64,000 bases of DNA. Source: Eledone cirrhosa (lineage: Eukaryota). This document shows positions 1 to 9,552 of this stretch, piece by piece. The notes beneath the pieces were generated by a model. The model did no database searches and was not told the origin of the DNA. It was given only the letters and a program-made list of their open reading frames with translations. The position numbers were made by a program, and so were the translations under genes. Each line of letters opens with the position of its first letter. Within the stretch, counting starts at the first letter, position 1. The stretch lies in assembly GCA_964016885.1 (NCBI GenBank), contig OZ024741.1, positions 198,524,001 through 198,588,000 of the forward strand, written 5' to 3'.

Positions 1-369
1 AGCAACAATATACGCACACACATATACAACACACATCCCAACAACAACAGACACACAGACACAAAAAACAACAATAACAACAACAATAGCAACATACCCA
101 GATACAACAACAACAATAGCAACATACCCAGATACAACAGACACGCAGACACAAACAACAATAACAACACACACGGAGACAACAATAACAACAACACACA
201 CATCAACAACAACAACAGTAGCAACATACCCAGATACAACAACAACAGACACGCAAACACAAACAACAATAACAACACACACAACAACGATAACATACAC
301 ACACACGGAGACAACAACAACACACATCAACAACAACACACATCAACAACAACAACACACACGCATTCA

Positions 370-3078
370 ATGCCTCTCACCACCACCACAATCTTAACAA
401 ACACACAGACACAGAAAACAAGTAATGACAGTAGCACAGAAATCAGAGAAATAAGAGAAAGTAATAGGATTAAAAGGAAAAGGAGATGGGAGACTAAGGA
501 CAAAGAGAATAACCAAGACGAACACACAGACACACAAAATAGGGTAGATAACAACATTGAGCCAGTGGAAAGAGACAGGAGTAATTATGAGAGACATAGA
601 AACAACCATGAAGCTGAGACTGCTGCTGTTGGTGGAAATAGAAACAACACAACTAACAATAACAATAGCACTAGTACACATAAAGCAGCAGCCTGGAACT
701 CTCCGTTTTATAACCCCTCCGATAAATCATTCGACCTACGACGAGTCCACGCCACGACTTTGCCATTTAACAAACGCACGCAGTTGCCGTCGCAGGTCGA
801 TGAACAAACAGAAGCACAATTTAGTATAGCTAAATCCGAACTTAGAAATATTATAGAACAGTATAGCAAGAAGCATAATAGAATAGAGGCCCAGCAACTG
901 GGAGAAAAATCTGCAAATGGCTTGCGTAAGCTCATGCAGCGCTCGCGTAATGGAGAGATAGCATGCTTTCCAACAGACAAGTCTGGCAGAATGTCGGTTG
1001 ACAGCCTGCCAAACTACATCCAGGCAATGCAACCCCACATCACTAACACAAGAGAGGTAACACCACAGGAGCATGAGGATAGAGAAAAAACCCTCAATGC
1101 CCATATGGTGATGTGGACAAATATAATGCAGCCCAACAAAAGGACTGCCAATAACTTCCAGGCCTGGAACAATGACGTACCAGCGTTGTATGGGCTTCGA
1201 AAAGACCATAAAACGGGCTGGGACCCTGTCGCGGGACCACCAACACGGCCAGTCTGTGGGGCTAACATTGCTAGTAACTACAGACTGTCCTACTTCCTCT
1301 CCCTGATCATACGCCCCATCATTGAGATGTCCCCAGATGTGTGTGACAGCACGGAGGACCTCCTCAGCAGAATCGACGCGGGTAACCGATCTGGGGACCT
1401 AACAAACTGCATAATAGGCAGTATGGATGTTGTGTCCCTGTATCCATCTATTGACGTGGATTTTGCTGTGGAGAAATGCGTCGAAATGATCAGCGAGAGC
1501 AAGGTTGAGTTCCGTGGGATTGATACCAGTGAGCTGGGAATTCTACTTAAGCTTACCCATAGTAATAGTTACCTAGACACTTATGACCTTAGCAACCTGT
1601 GCCCTACAAGACCAGCAAGAGGCAGACCACCTACCATTACCTCAATGGCCAAGAAAACCCACACAGATAGATGGAACGGGTGGACCAGAGCCATACGGAC
1701 ACCCGAAAACCACGATGAACTGAAGAAAATGATTGCACATGCGGTAGGGGCCAGCATAAAATTAACCCTTAAGGAACATATGTTCAAATTTAATGGTAAA
1801 ACATATGCCCAAGAGGAAGGAGCAGCCATTGGTGTTAGCATTGCAGGCGACATAGCTAACTTATTCATGGTATGGTGGGACGGTAGACTTAAACAAAAAC
1901 TTAATGAACAATTAGAAGACAGCTTAACCCTGATAATGTACTCCCGCTACGTAGATGATATAAATATCGTAGTTAAGACACCCCCACTAAAGAACAGTCA
2001 GGAACTAGAGAAAAACACAATGGAAAGCATCCAGCAAATAGCAAACTCCATCCACCAGAGCATTAGAGTTACTATAGACTACCCAAGTAGACACCCCAAC
2101 CATCGATTACCTGTACTAGACACAGAGCTCTGGTTAGATACAATTAACAACCAAAAACAAATCCTCCATTCCCATTATGCCAAACCCATGACTTCCAAAT
2201 ATCTGATCCACCGAAACTCGGCCATTTCGGACCATACCAAAATCAACATACTGATTGCGGATTTGGTACGGGTGATGAGAAATGTGTCCCGCATGTGCAA
2301 CCCCGAAGAACTAGAGAGACACATACAACACTTCATCCACCGTATGCAGTTCTCTGGCTACAATCAGAGAGATAGAATCAGAGTGTATAAAGGAGCCAGA
2401 ACCAAATGGGAAAAAATGGTAAATAATGACATAAATGGGACCTGCCCCTTGTATAGGAGCAAATTTTGGAATAGAATAGAAAGAACTAAGAAAAAGGCCA
2501 ATAGAATAAACTCATGGTATGATAGCAATAAATACCAGAGTGTAATGTTCATCAATACAACCCCTAGAGGCGAACTAGCCTACAAATTTAGAAGGGCCCT
2601 AAAGAAACATAATCTCAATATTAAGATAGTAGAAAGACCTGGTACCTCCGTAAAAACACTTATTAGCAAGACATACCCGTTCCAAAGACCCTCATGTATA
2701 GATAAGAAATGTATAACCTGTAAAATAAGCCCCCATATTAACTGTAAAACTAGAAATGTAGTATATAGCATAAGATGTACTGAAGGACAATGTAGAAACA
2801 AAAATATAGTGTACATAGGTGAGACAGCTCGTAGTATAGGGGAACGAATAAATGAACACTGGCGAGACCTCCAAGATAATAAAGAATCATCTGTGCTCTA
2901 CCAACATGCTAAGATAGAACACAGGGGTAAATTAGAGAGCATAGAAATAAAAATAGAATCCACACACAAGAAAGACGCAATGTTTAGGCAAATTACAGAG
3001 GCAGTAAGCATAAAAGAATTAAAACCAAAATTAAATAGAAAATATGAGTGGAACAGCAACATCACAACTTACAATTAA
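370..3078 (+). CDS. PLE polyprotein: reverse transcriptase + Cys-knuckle linker + C-terminal GIY-YIG endonuclease (>=902 aa; frame open back to base 1)
   Basis: Motifs PTDKSG, LYGLRKDHK, TRPVC, GSMDVVSLYPSI, QEEGAAIG, YSRYVDD, LPVLDT; linker CIDKKCITC; endonuclease NVVYSIRC..C..VYIGETARSIGERINEH..H..RQITEA..LNR. No stops or frameshifts. Confidence 0.95.
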   Translation: MPLTTTTILTNTQTQKTSNDSSTEIREIRESNRIKRKRRWETKDKENNQDEHTDTQNRVDNNIEPVERDRSNYERHRNNHEAETAAVGGNRNNTTNNNNSTSTHKAAAWNSPFYNPSDKSFDLRRVHATTLPFNKRTQLPSQVDEQTEAQFSIAKSELRNIIEQYSKKHNRIEAQQLGEKSANGLRKLMQRSRNGEIACFPTDKSGRMSVDSLPNYIQAMQPHITNTREVTPQEHEDREKTLNAHMVMWTNIMQPNKRTANNFQAWNNDVPALYGLRKDHKTGWDPVAGPPTRPVCGANIASNYRLSYFLSLIIRPIIEMSPDVCDSTEDLLSRIDAGNRSGDLTNCIIGSMDVVSLYPSIDVDFAVEKCVEMISESKVEFRGIDTSELGILLKLTHSNSYLDTYDLSNLCPTRPARGRPPTITSMAKKTHTDRWNGWTRAIRTPENHDELKKMIAHAVGASIKLTLKEHMFKFNGKTYAQEEGAAIGVSIAGDIANLFMVWWDGRLKQKLNEQLEDSLTLIMYSRYVDDINIVVKTPPLKNSQELEKNTMESIQQIANSIHQSIRVTIDYPSRHPNHRLPVLDTELWLDTINNQKQILHSHYAKPMTSKYLIHRNSAISDHTKINILIADLVRVMRNVSRMCNPEELERHIQHFIHRMQFSGYNQRDRIRVYKGARTKWEKMVNNDINGTCPLYRSKFWNRIERTKKKANRINSWYDSNKYQSVMFINTTPRGELAYKFRRALKKHNLNIKIVERPGTSVKTLISKTYPFQRPSCIDKKCITCKISPHINCKTRNVVYSIRCTEGQCRNKNIVYIGETARSIGERINEHWRDLQDNKESSVLYQHAKIEHRGKLESIEIKIESTHKKDAMFRQITEAVSIKELKPKLNRKYEWNSNITTYN

Positions 3079-3300
3079 GGACAAAATGAAAACACACACA
3101 GGACAAAATGAAAACACACACACACATAGAACAAACAACTTACAATTGAAAACACACACAAAATGAAAACACACACAAGACAAAATGAAAACACACACAC
3201 ACATAGAACAAACAACCAACCAACAATAAATAAATAAATAAACAAACAAATAGAAAAATAGAAATAGAAAAATAGAAAAATGAACACAAACACAGACAGA
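3079..3300 (+). repeat. Imperfect tandem repeats (acaaaatgaaaacacacaca)n and (aaaaatag)n in the PLE 3' UTR
   Basis: About five copies of caaaatgaaaacacaca directly after the stop codon. Confidence 0.8.
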
Positions 3301-3405
3301 CACCCGGATGTGGCGCATGCGCAAACTGAGCACGCAACCCACACACAAACAAAATGGCATAGGATAGAAGAAAGGAAAGGCACAGAAACGAAGAAAGAAA
3401 TCCCC

Positions 3406-3450
3406 AGTCACTGAAGAGGTCACAGAGTGTGTGACGAAAGAACTATGACT
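3406..3450 (+). ncRNA. Minimal type I hammerhead ribozyme in the PLE 3' UTR
   Basis: agtca-CTGAAGA-g-gtcac-agagtgt-gtgac-GAAA-gaac-TA-tgact: stem I agtca/tgact, stem II gtcac/gtgac, conserved core, rudimentary stem III as in PLE hammerheads. Confidence 0.85.
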
Positions 3451-3601
3451 ATATATATATAAACAACTATCTGGTTGTGGAACCAACCAACCAACCAGAA
3501 ATTTATAAATTTGTAAATTTATAAATATATAATAAATTAAATTGAAGTGAAAGCAACTGGTGCGTGTGTTTCTTATTGGCAACATGACCCTCCCTAAGTA
3601 T

Positions 3602-3606
<5 letters not shown>

Positions 3607-3677
<71 letters not shown>
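3607..3677. repeat. (TA)n microsatellite at the PLE 3' junction
   Basis: Direct observation. Confidence 0.95.
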
Positions 3678-3682
<5 letters not shown>

Positions 3683-4206
3683 TAACAGATTAAAGTTTAA
3701 GCCAAGAATCGCTGCTTTCACCCTTAACGGGATCTTTTGAAACTAAAATTTAAAAAAATCAATCTGTCAACGCAGATATAAATATTTCGAAAAACGTTGC
3801 AACCGAAGGAAAACAGGAAGATGATACTTTGGTTCGTGAAGACGTTCCCTGGCATAAGAATATATATATACACACTATATATATACATATATACACACAC
3901 ACACACTGATCGCGTCATAATGACGTAATGCAGACAGCCAGGCATACAGACAGATATTATAAGGACGCGACGTTATATCTATGTATCTATCTAAAAAGAG
4001 AAAGACTAAGAATTATAGACAGAGATCGCTAAATTGCCTAATGCAGTGCCTAGAGCATTGAAAATTTGAATTTTTTTTTGTTCAAAACACGCACGGGACC
4101 ATAAGTATTACATGTGTAAAGTTTGAAAAAACTCGGTTGGGTGGTTCTCGAGTTTTAGTGATTGGACAGACAGACAAACAGACATTCTCTGCTTTAGCAA
4201 TATAGA
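3678..4206 (-). mobile_element. Non-autonomous Helitron-like element, 5' portion
   Basis: Homologous to 13578-13822; ends gacagacagacaaacagac...tatagat, i.e. an A|TC 5' terminus on the minus strand like the complete element at 45633. Confidence 0.7.
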
Positions 4207-4446
4207 TAATAATTGTTTCTACTTTTGGCACAAGGCCAGCAATTACCCAGTACATTACTGGTACTTTATTTTAGATAATATAGATAATTTAGATAATATA
4301 GATAATAATGAAATTATTGTATACAGTGCTCAGGTGCACTACAACTCATCAAAGGTGCATGTATAATACATAGAATAATATACAAATGTCAGAGAAGTGA
4401 ATAGTTTATGAGTCATGATATACATGTGTGTGTATGTGTATGGAGG

Positions 4447-5175
4447 GGGAATATTAGGTGTAGTGTTGGCGAATCTCAGGAAGCATGGAGGTTTTAAAGG
4501 ATGCAGTGTCTCAACAGCTAATAACTGATGCAGGTAGTTTGTTCTATGCTTCAGTACCTCTGAGCGTGAACAAATGTTTCCGAAAGTCATGGGAGCTGTG
4601 CTGTTTTCTGACTTTGTTGGCATGCCCACGTGTGTTAGACACATGGAAATCAAAAAGGTACTCAGAGTTGTTGTTGGCAAGATGATTAATAATTTTGTGG
4701 GTGTTTACCAAGTCAGTTGCCAGGTGTCAGAGATTCAATGTACATGCCCAGGGAAGCAAGGCGTTCAGAGTATGGTAGATGCCTGATGGAGGGTATTCGC
4801 TTGGTTGCACGTCTCTGAACAGTTTCCAGGCGATCAATGTTCTGAGCAAGATAGAGGTTCCAGACAGGTGATGCAAATTCTAAGTGTGGCCGCACCATAG
4901 CTGTATACAGCTTTAAATAGATGGCTGGAGAGTGGCTGACAAAGGTCTTGCTGAGTGATGCTAAGACACCCTCGGTCTTCTTGACAATTTTAGAGACGTG
5001 CTTCGTCCAATGCAAATCGCTGCTGACAGTAATGCTCAGGTTACGTTCACAAGAAGACTTCTTGATATTAGTGTTGTGGAGGGAGTATGTGGAGGCTGGG
5101 TTTTTACTCCCAAAATGCATGGTGGTACACTTGTCCACAGCCAGCTTGAGTTGCCCGTCCGTGATCCATTGTTGC
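4447..5175 (-). mobile_element. CR1-clade LINE 3' fragment (decayed)
   Basis: ORF 4713-5321 has W...LKLAVDKCTTMHFG, ERNLSITVSSDLHWTKHV, LYTAMVRPHLEFASPVWN, LETVQRRATKRIP...LPYSERL. Confidence 0.9.
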
Positions 5176-6939
5176 ATTTTATAATGCGGTATTGATTTAA
5201 ATATATTAGAACTTTTAGATACTTTTGCATTGCATTTAACCCACTTTTTGTTTTTATTTTTTCTCATGCATGTATAAATGAAAAATTGGCTTTTGATTCG
5301 GTGAAGATTCTCATCCAACATCTGCTAACCCAATGAGTTAGTTTTTCGAAGCCCCAAGTTCAAGCAGCGATTCGGCAGTCTTGGAAAAGTGAAACCTATA
5401 TAAGTGGATATAATTCAGACTAAGCGTCAGACCTGCAGTAATCAAATGAATTTCTCCACAATTTAGCTGTTCATATTATAGACGACCTTGCCTGTGTTCA
5501 AATGTGGAATCACAGAAGCATCACTGTCGAAACCCTGGTCCTTTTTCAGCCACACCACATGCTTAACGCATCGACCATCAGCTTGTACACAACGACCAAC
5601 ACGACACCCAACCAGAATAGAAGAAATCGAGCATTTTTGTCTACAACCTCTTAACTATATGGTCAATTAATCAATTAACACTTTTTGCTTTCTCAACGTT
5701 TTTGTTAAAAAAACCCAACAAAAACACTTCATCCACTATCTTCAGTTAATTTCAAAATTCTTTCCACAATTCCAACTTCTTCTCTCCAATGTTTTAATAT
5801 CTCACTGTCCTATTCTTGCACCTCTATATTAAATATTTACTCACACACAACATCCATCTCTACATCTCACACACATTTCCCTCTATTTAGTACACCTCAT
5901 AATTCTTTTTTTTCTTTTTCTTTGCTTTTTCTCCTTGTTTTCTTTCTTTTTTTTTCTCAGCCCCCCATATTTCAATATCACCTCTCTATCTTTGCTATCC
6001 TTTTACAATTATAACATTTACTGCAGTCTTGCCCATGTGGAATATTACCCAAACTCACAGCCTTTGAATTTTTACTTCTAATGTTTTTTCCTTCTCTTTC
6101 CATGTTCATTGCTCTTTCTCTTCCACTGTATTTACTTGCCTCTCACATGACCACACTCATCTCCACACACTCATCATCCTCCTCCCTGTCCCCCCTTCTC
6201 CACTTTCTATCTCTCCCTCTGCTCACCCCTTACTTCATCCTCACGCGCAGCCCACCTATGTCTTTGCTCGACCCGTTAGTGACCCGATGTTTCGATCAAA
6301 CTATCACTGGTGATTGCCGATTAATAAAGTTGCCACCACTTTAACCTAATCCACTCTAGGTGGTGGAGGTATGCGTTGAACGACCAAGAGACTTGCTTCG
6401 TGGAATGACTATGTCAGCCTTCGACCTCTCATTCTCCACCAACTTCGGCACGCACGAGAGGAGCTAACTTGTCTCCACCTATCCCCACCTCCTCTCCACC
6501 GCAGGTTCCGAACGGAATTAACCCTGCCAACCCCACCACTTCTACAACTGGTAGCCCACCCCTAGCACCACCCAACCTCTGCCCTAGTCCCACCGTTAGA
6601 ACCAATGCTGCTTACACTGCCTCTTTTACTAGTTTACTCCCTCGATTGAATTCTAACGCTGGCCCTCTACTGTCGGCCGCTGCCAGCCCCCCCCCCCCCC
6701 CCCCCCCCACCTGACTGTGCTCTCTGTGCCGGCACTAGCCGGTACCTAAAGACAATCAAATATCACGTGTGCTACCAAAACTACCACAAGAGCTGTGTCG
6801 CCATCACCAAGGCTCAAGCCAAAAGACTTCAATACTGGACCTATAATCAGTGCTACTTTAGCTCCGACGTTCTTGGTGGAGACGTCCCACGCTTCGACGA
6901 CTAACTCTCTACGAGGACATTGCTGCAGCCCTCCAGGGT

Positions 6940-8560
6940 TTATCAAAATCGAAACTAATCAACCGGATCCCTAAGGGAGCTCGGAATAGCTTTGCACGTG
7001 CCCTCCCCAATCTATTGAAAAGCATCCTCTCAAGCGGTAGTTCCAGCTGTTTGAGTCCTCCCCAACCACTTCTCACCTCACTTTGACATCGAGTTGGTGC
7101 CTGCCAACAGACAACCGATAAACCTCAAGCATGCGGTTAATGCCAAATTCAACGAATTTGACATTAAAGGGGCTGTCTGCCTCATCTCTTCTCTGTCCTC
7201 CCTTGCTCCGTGTAACTTTGATTCTTTTGAGCGACTGAAAGAGAACCACCAGAATACTCCAGACCGGTCTATACCACAGATGACATCAGAAAGGCGATTC
7301 CATCCTTCCCTGCTGGTTCAGGCGTGGGAATTGACGGCCTTCGACCTCAGCACCTCAAGGATGGTATCTCCTTATCGGCTGGTGGCGCCGGACTCGAGTT
7401 CTAGGAGAGTCTGACTCAGTTTGTGAATCAGTTCTTTTGAGCGAACGCTCTACCCTATATCCGCCCACTGTTCTTCGGTGCGAAATTATTCGGTCTCTAT
7501 AAACCCAACGGAGACCCATTGCGGTTGGTTGCACCCTTCACCGTCTCATTGCAAAGGTCTGTTTGCTATCGGTCTCTGACGCGTTGTTGGAGGAATTTTC
7601 CCCCATCCAGCTAGGGGTGAGTATCAATCTGGGATGTGAGGCTGCTGCCAACGCTATCAGAGCCTTTACCAACTTGCTCTCCATGCTTCCGAGGGTCATT
7701 CTCAAATTTGACCTCAAGAACGCATTCAACTCCGTCAGCTACGATGTCGTCCTGAGCTCAGTAAGAGAGAGGGTCCCACAACTCTACCACTTTGCTTGGC
7801 AGGCTTATCAGGAGCCCTCCCACCTCTCTTTTGGTGACCAAATCATCATCTCAGCCTCAGAAGTCCAACAGGGTGACCCACTCAGGCCCGTTCTGTTTGC
7901 ACTGAGCATTGATGACATCACCAAGATGGGGGTTGAGTTGGACCTCAACGTCTGGTATCTCAACGACGCTTGTTTGTTCCGGATAGAGTTCTCGCCACTA
8001 ACAAAATGATTCAGAAGCTTGGCCGTCGGGGTCTCCAGGTCAATAGCTCCAAATGTGAGCTCTGGATCTTCAACCACCTGACTTCTCAACATCAACAGAC
8101 AATTGACGTGTTTACGGAGTCCTTCACTTCCATTGCAGTCCCTCCCCCGCCGGCTTGGCACTCCTTGGGAGCCCCAATTACAGACCTTGCCTTCCAGTCA
8201 ATCTTCCAATCGAAGATGGTTGGCTTTGATCAGCTGCTGAAGAATATTGAAGCAATCGAACCACATCAGGTTTTTTCATACTCAGAAACCACCTTTCGAT
8301 TCCTAAGCTTCTATATCTGCTCAGGGTCAGCCCTTCTCACCGATTTCCGTCATGCCTCTAATGCTTCGATGACCTAATCTTCGAGAGACTCGAGTGCTTG
8401 GTCAATGTTAGAATCCCCAGAGTCCCGCAATCAGGCTGCGTTGCCCAAGCGATTTGGGAGTCTTGGTCTTCATAAGTGTTCGTCCCTCTCTCTCTCCCCT
8501 GCTTCCTTTCCTTCACCCTGGTGAGCAAGATCCTCTCCTCTCCAATATGTTTTCCTTTTC
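6940..8560 (+). mobile_element. CRE-clade non-LTR retrotransposon RT region (pseudogenised)
   Basis: Frameshifted pieces RIPKGAR, LFFGAKLFGLYKPNG, QLGV..GCEAA, KFDLKNAFNSV, VQQGDPL..VLFAL, WYLND. Confidence 0.85.
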
Positions 8561-9102
8561 CCTTTCCTTTATATTATATTGTGCTTTCGTTCTGTAAGTA
8601 TTCGATAAAATAAAGTACCAGTAATGCACTGGGATAATTGCTGGCCTTGTGCCAAAAGTAGAAACAATTATTATATTTCTTTTTATACAACTGTGAATAA
8701 AATTAATTTTAGTAAAAAAAAAAGAAAAACTATTTTTTTTTTTTTATTTTGCAAACAATAAATATTCAAATATTTTTGTTTACATGTATATGGAAAAAAT
8801 ACACTCAAATTGGAGATAAGGAAAGATCTTTGTATTCATTAACTTTTATACGTCTTTCTGCTAGAGTTAGTTTACAAAATCTAAGTTGGGTAAAACCCAA
8901 CTTGCTAAGAGCTTGTGCTACAGTGTGTATGAATAGGCTTTTGACTACGAGCCTGACATAGCAAATAATGCAATAAATAGATTTAAAAAAAACCTGCTGA
9001 CACGTAACTAGGACTGGTTAGTTTTCTAACACGTTAATTATGAGAATGAAATTTACATTGTATCATCGCTTACATTCGAACCGATACATATCTTATTATT
9101 AT

Positions 9103-9552
9103 AGGGCGGTGGATTGGCAGTATCTATAGAGGGTCGGACGTCATGCTTTGACGCATAAAGTTACGGGCCTTTCCATTCTGTAGAAACAATTATTATATTA
9201 CGGCCCTTGCCATTCTGAGTTCAAATCCCGCCGAGGTTAACTTTGCCTTTCATCCTTACGGCGTCGATAAAATAAAGTACCAGTCACGCACTGGGGTCGC
9301 CATGCTTTGAAGCAAAGAGTTAAGGCCTTTATGGTCTGAGTTCAAATCCCGCCGAGGTTAACTTTGCCTTTCATCCTTACGGGGTCGATAAAATAAAGTA
9401 CCAGTAATGTACTGAGTAATTGCTGGCCTTGTGCCAAAAGTAGAAACAATTATTACATTAATAGGGCGGTGGATTGGCAGTATCGGTAGAGGGTCGGACG
9501 CCATGCTTTGCAGCAAAGAGTTACGGCTCTTTATGGTTAAATTTGCCTTTCA
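9103..9552 (+). mobile_element. Cluster of tandem/partial tRNA-derived SINEs (Deu/Nin-type central domain)
   Basis: A-box tggcagtatcgg, B-box gagttcaaatcc, central ctttgcctttcatccttacggggtcgataaaataaagtacc and tail ctggccttgtgccaaaagtagaaacaattatt repeated 2-3 times. Confidence 0.85.

Larger units (their letters stand above)
1..3606 (+). mobile_element. Penelope-like retroelement (endonuclease-positive PLE, Naiad-like); 5' part runs off the window edge
   Basis: RT + GIY-YIG ORF, A/C-rich strand, 3' UTR with hammerhead motif and AATAAA (~3530), ending at a (TA)n tract (3607-3677). Confidence 0.9.

Noticed and set aside
3079-3405. SECIS element / selenoprotein recoding as in some Naiad PLEs
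   Set aside because: The ORF has no in-frame TGA and I see no ATGA..AA..GA stem-loop in this A/C-rich UTR.
8807-9020. Minus-strand open frame (..YVRLVVKSLFIHTVAQALSKLGF..) as a terminal exon
   Set aside because: No recognisable homology, weak acceptor and no partner exon found.
9103-9500. tRNA genes
   Set aside because: The A/B boxes belong to multi-copy SINE heads; no cloverleaf.
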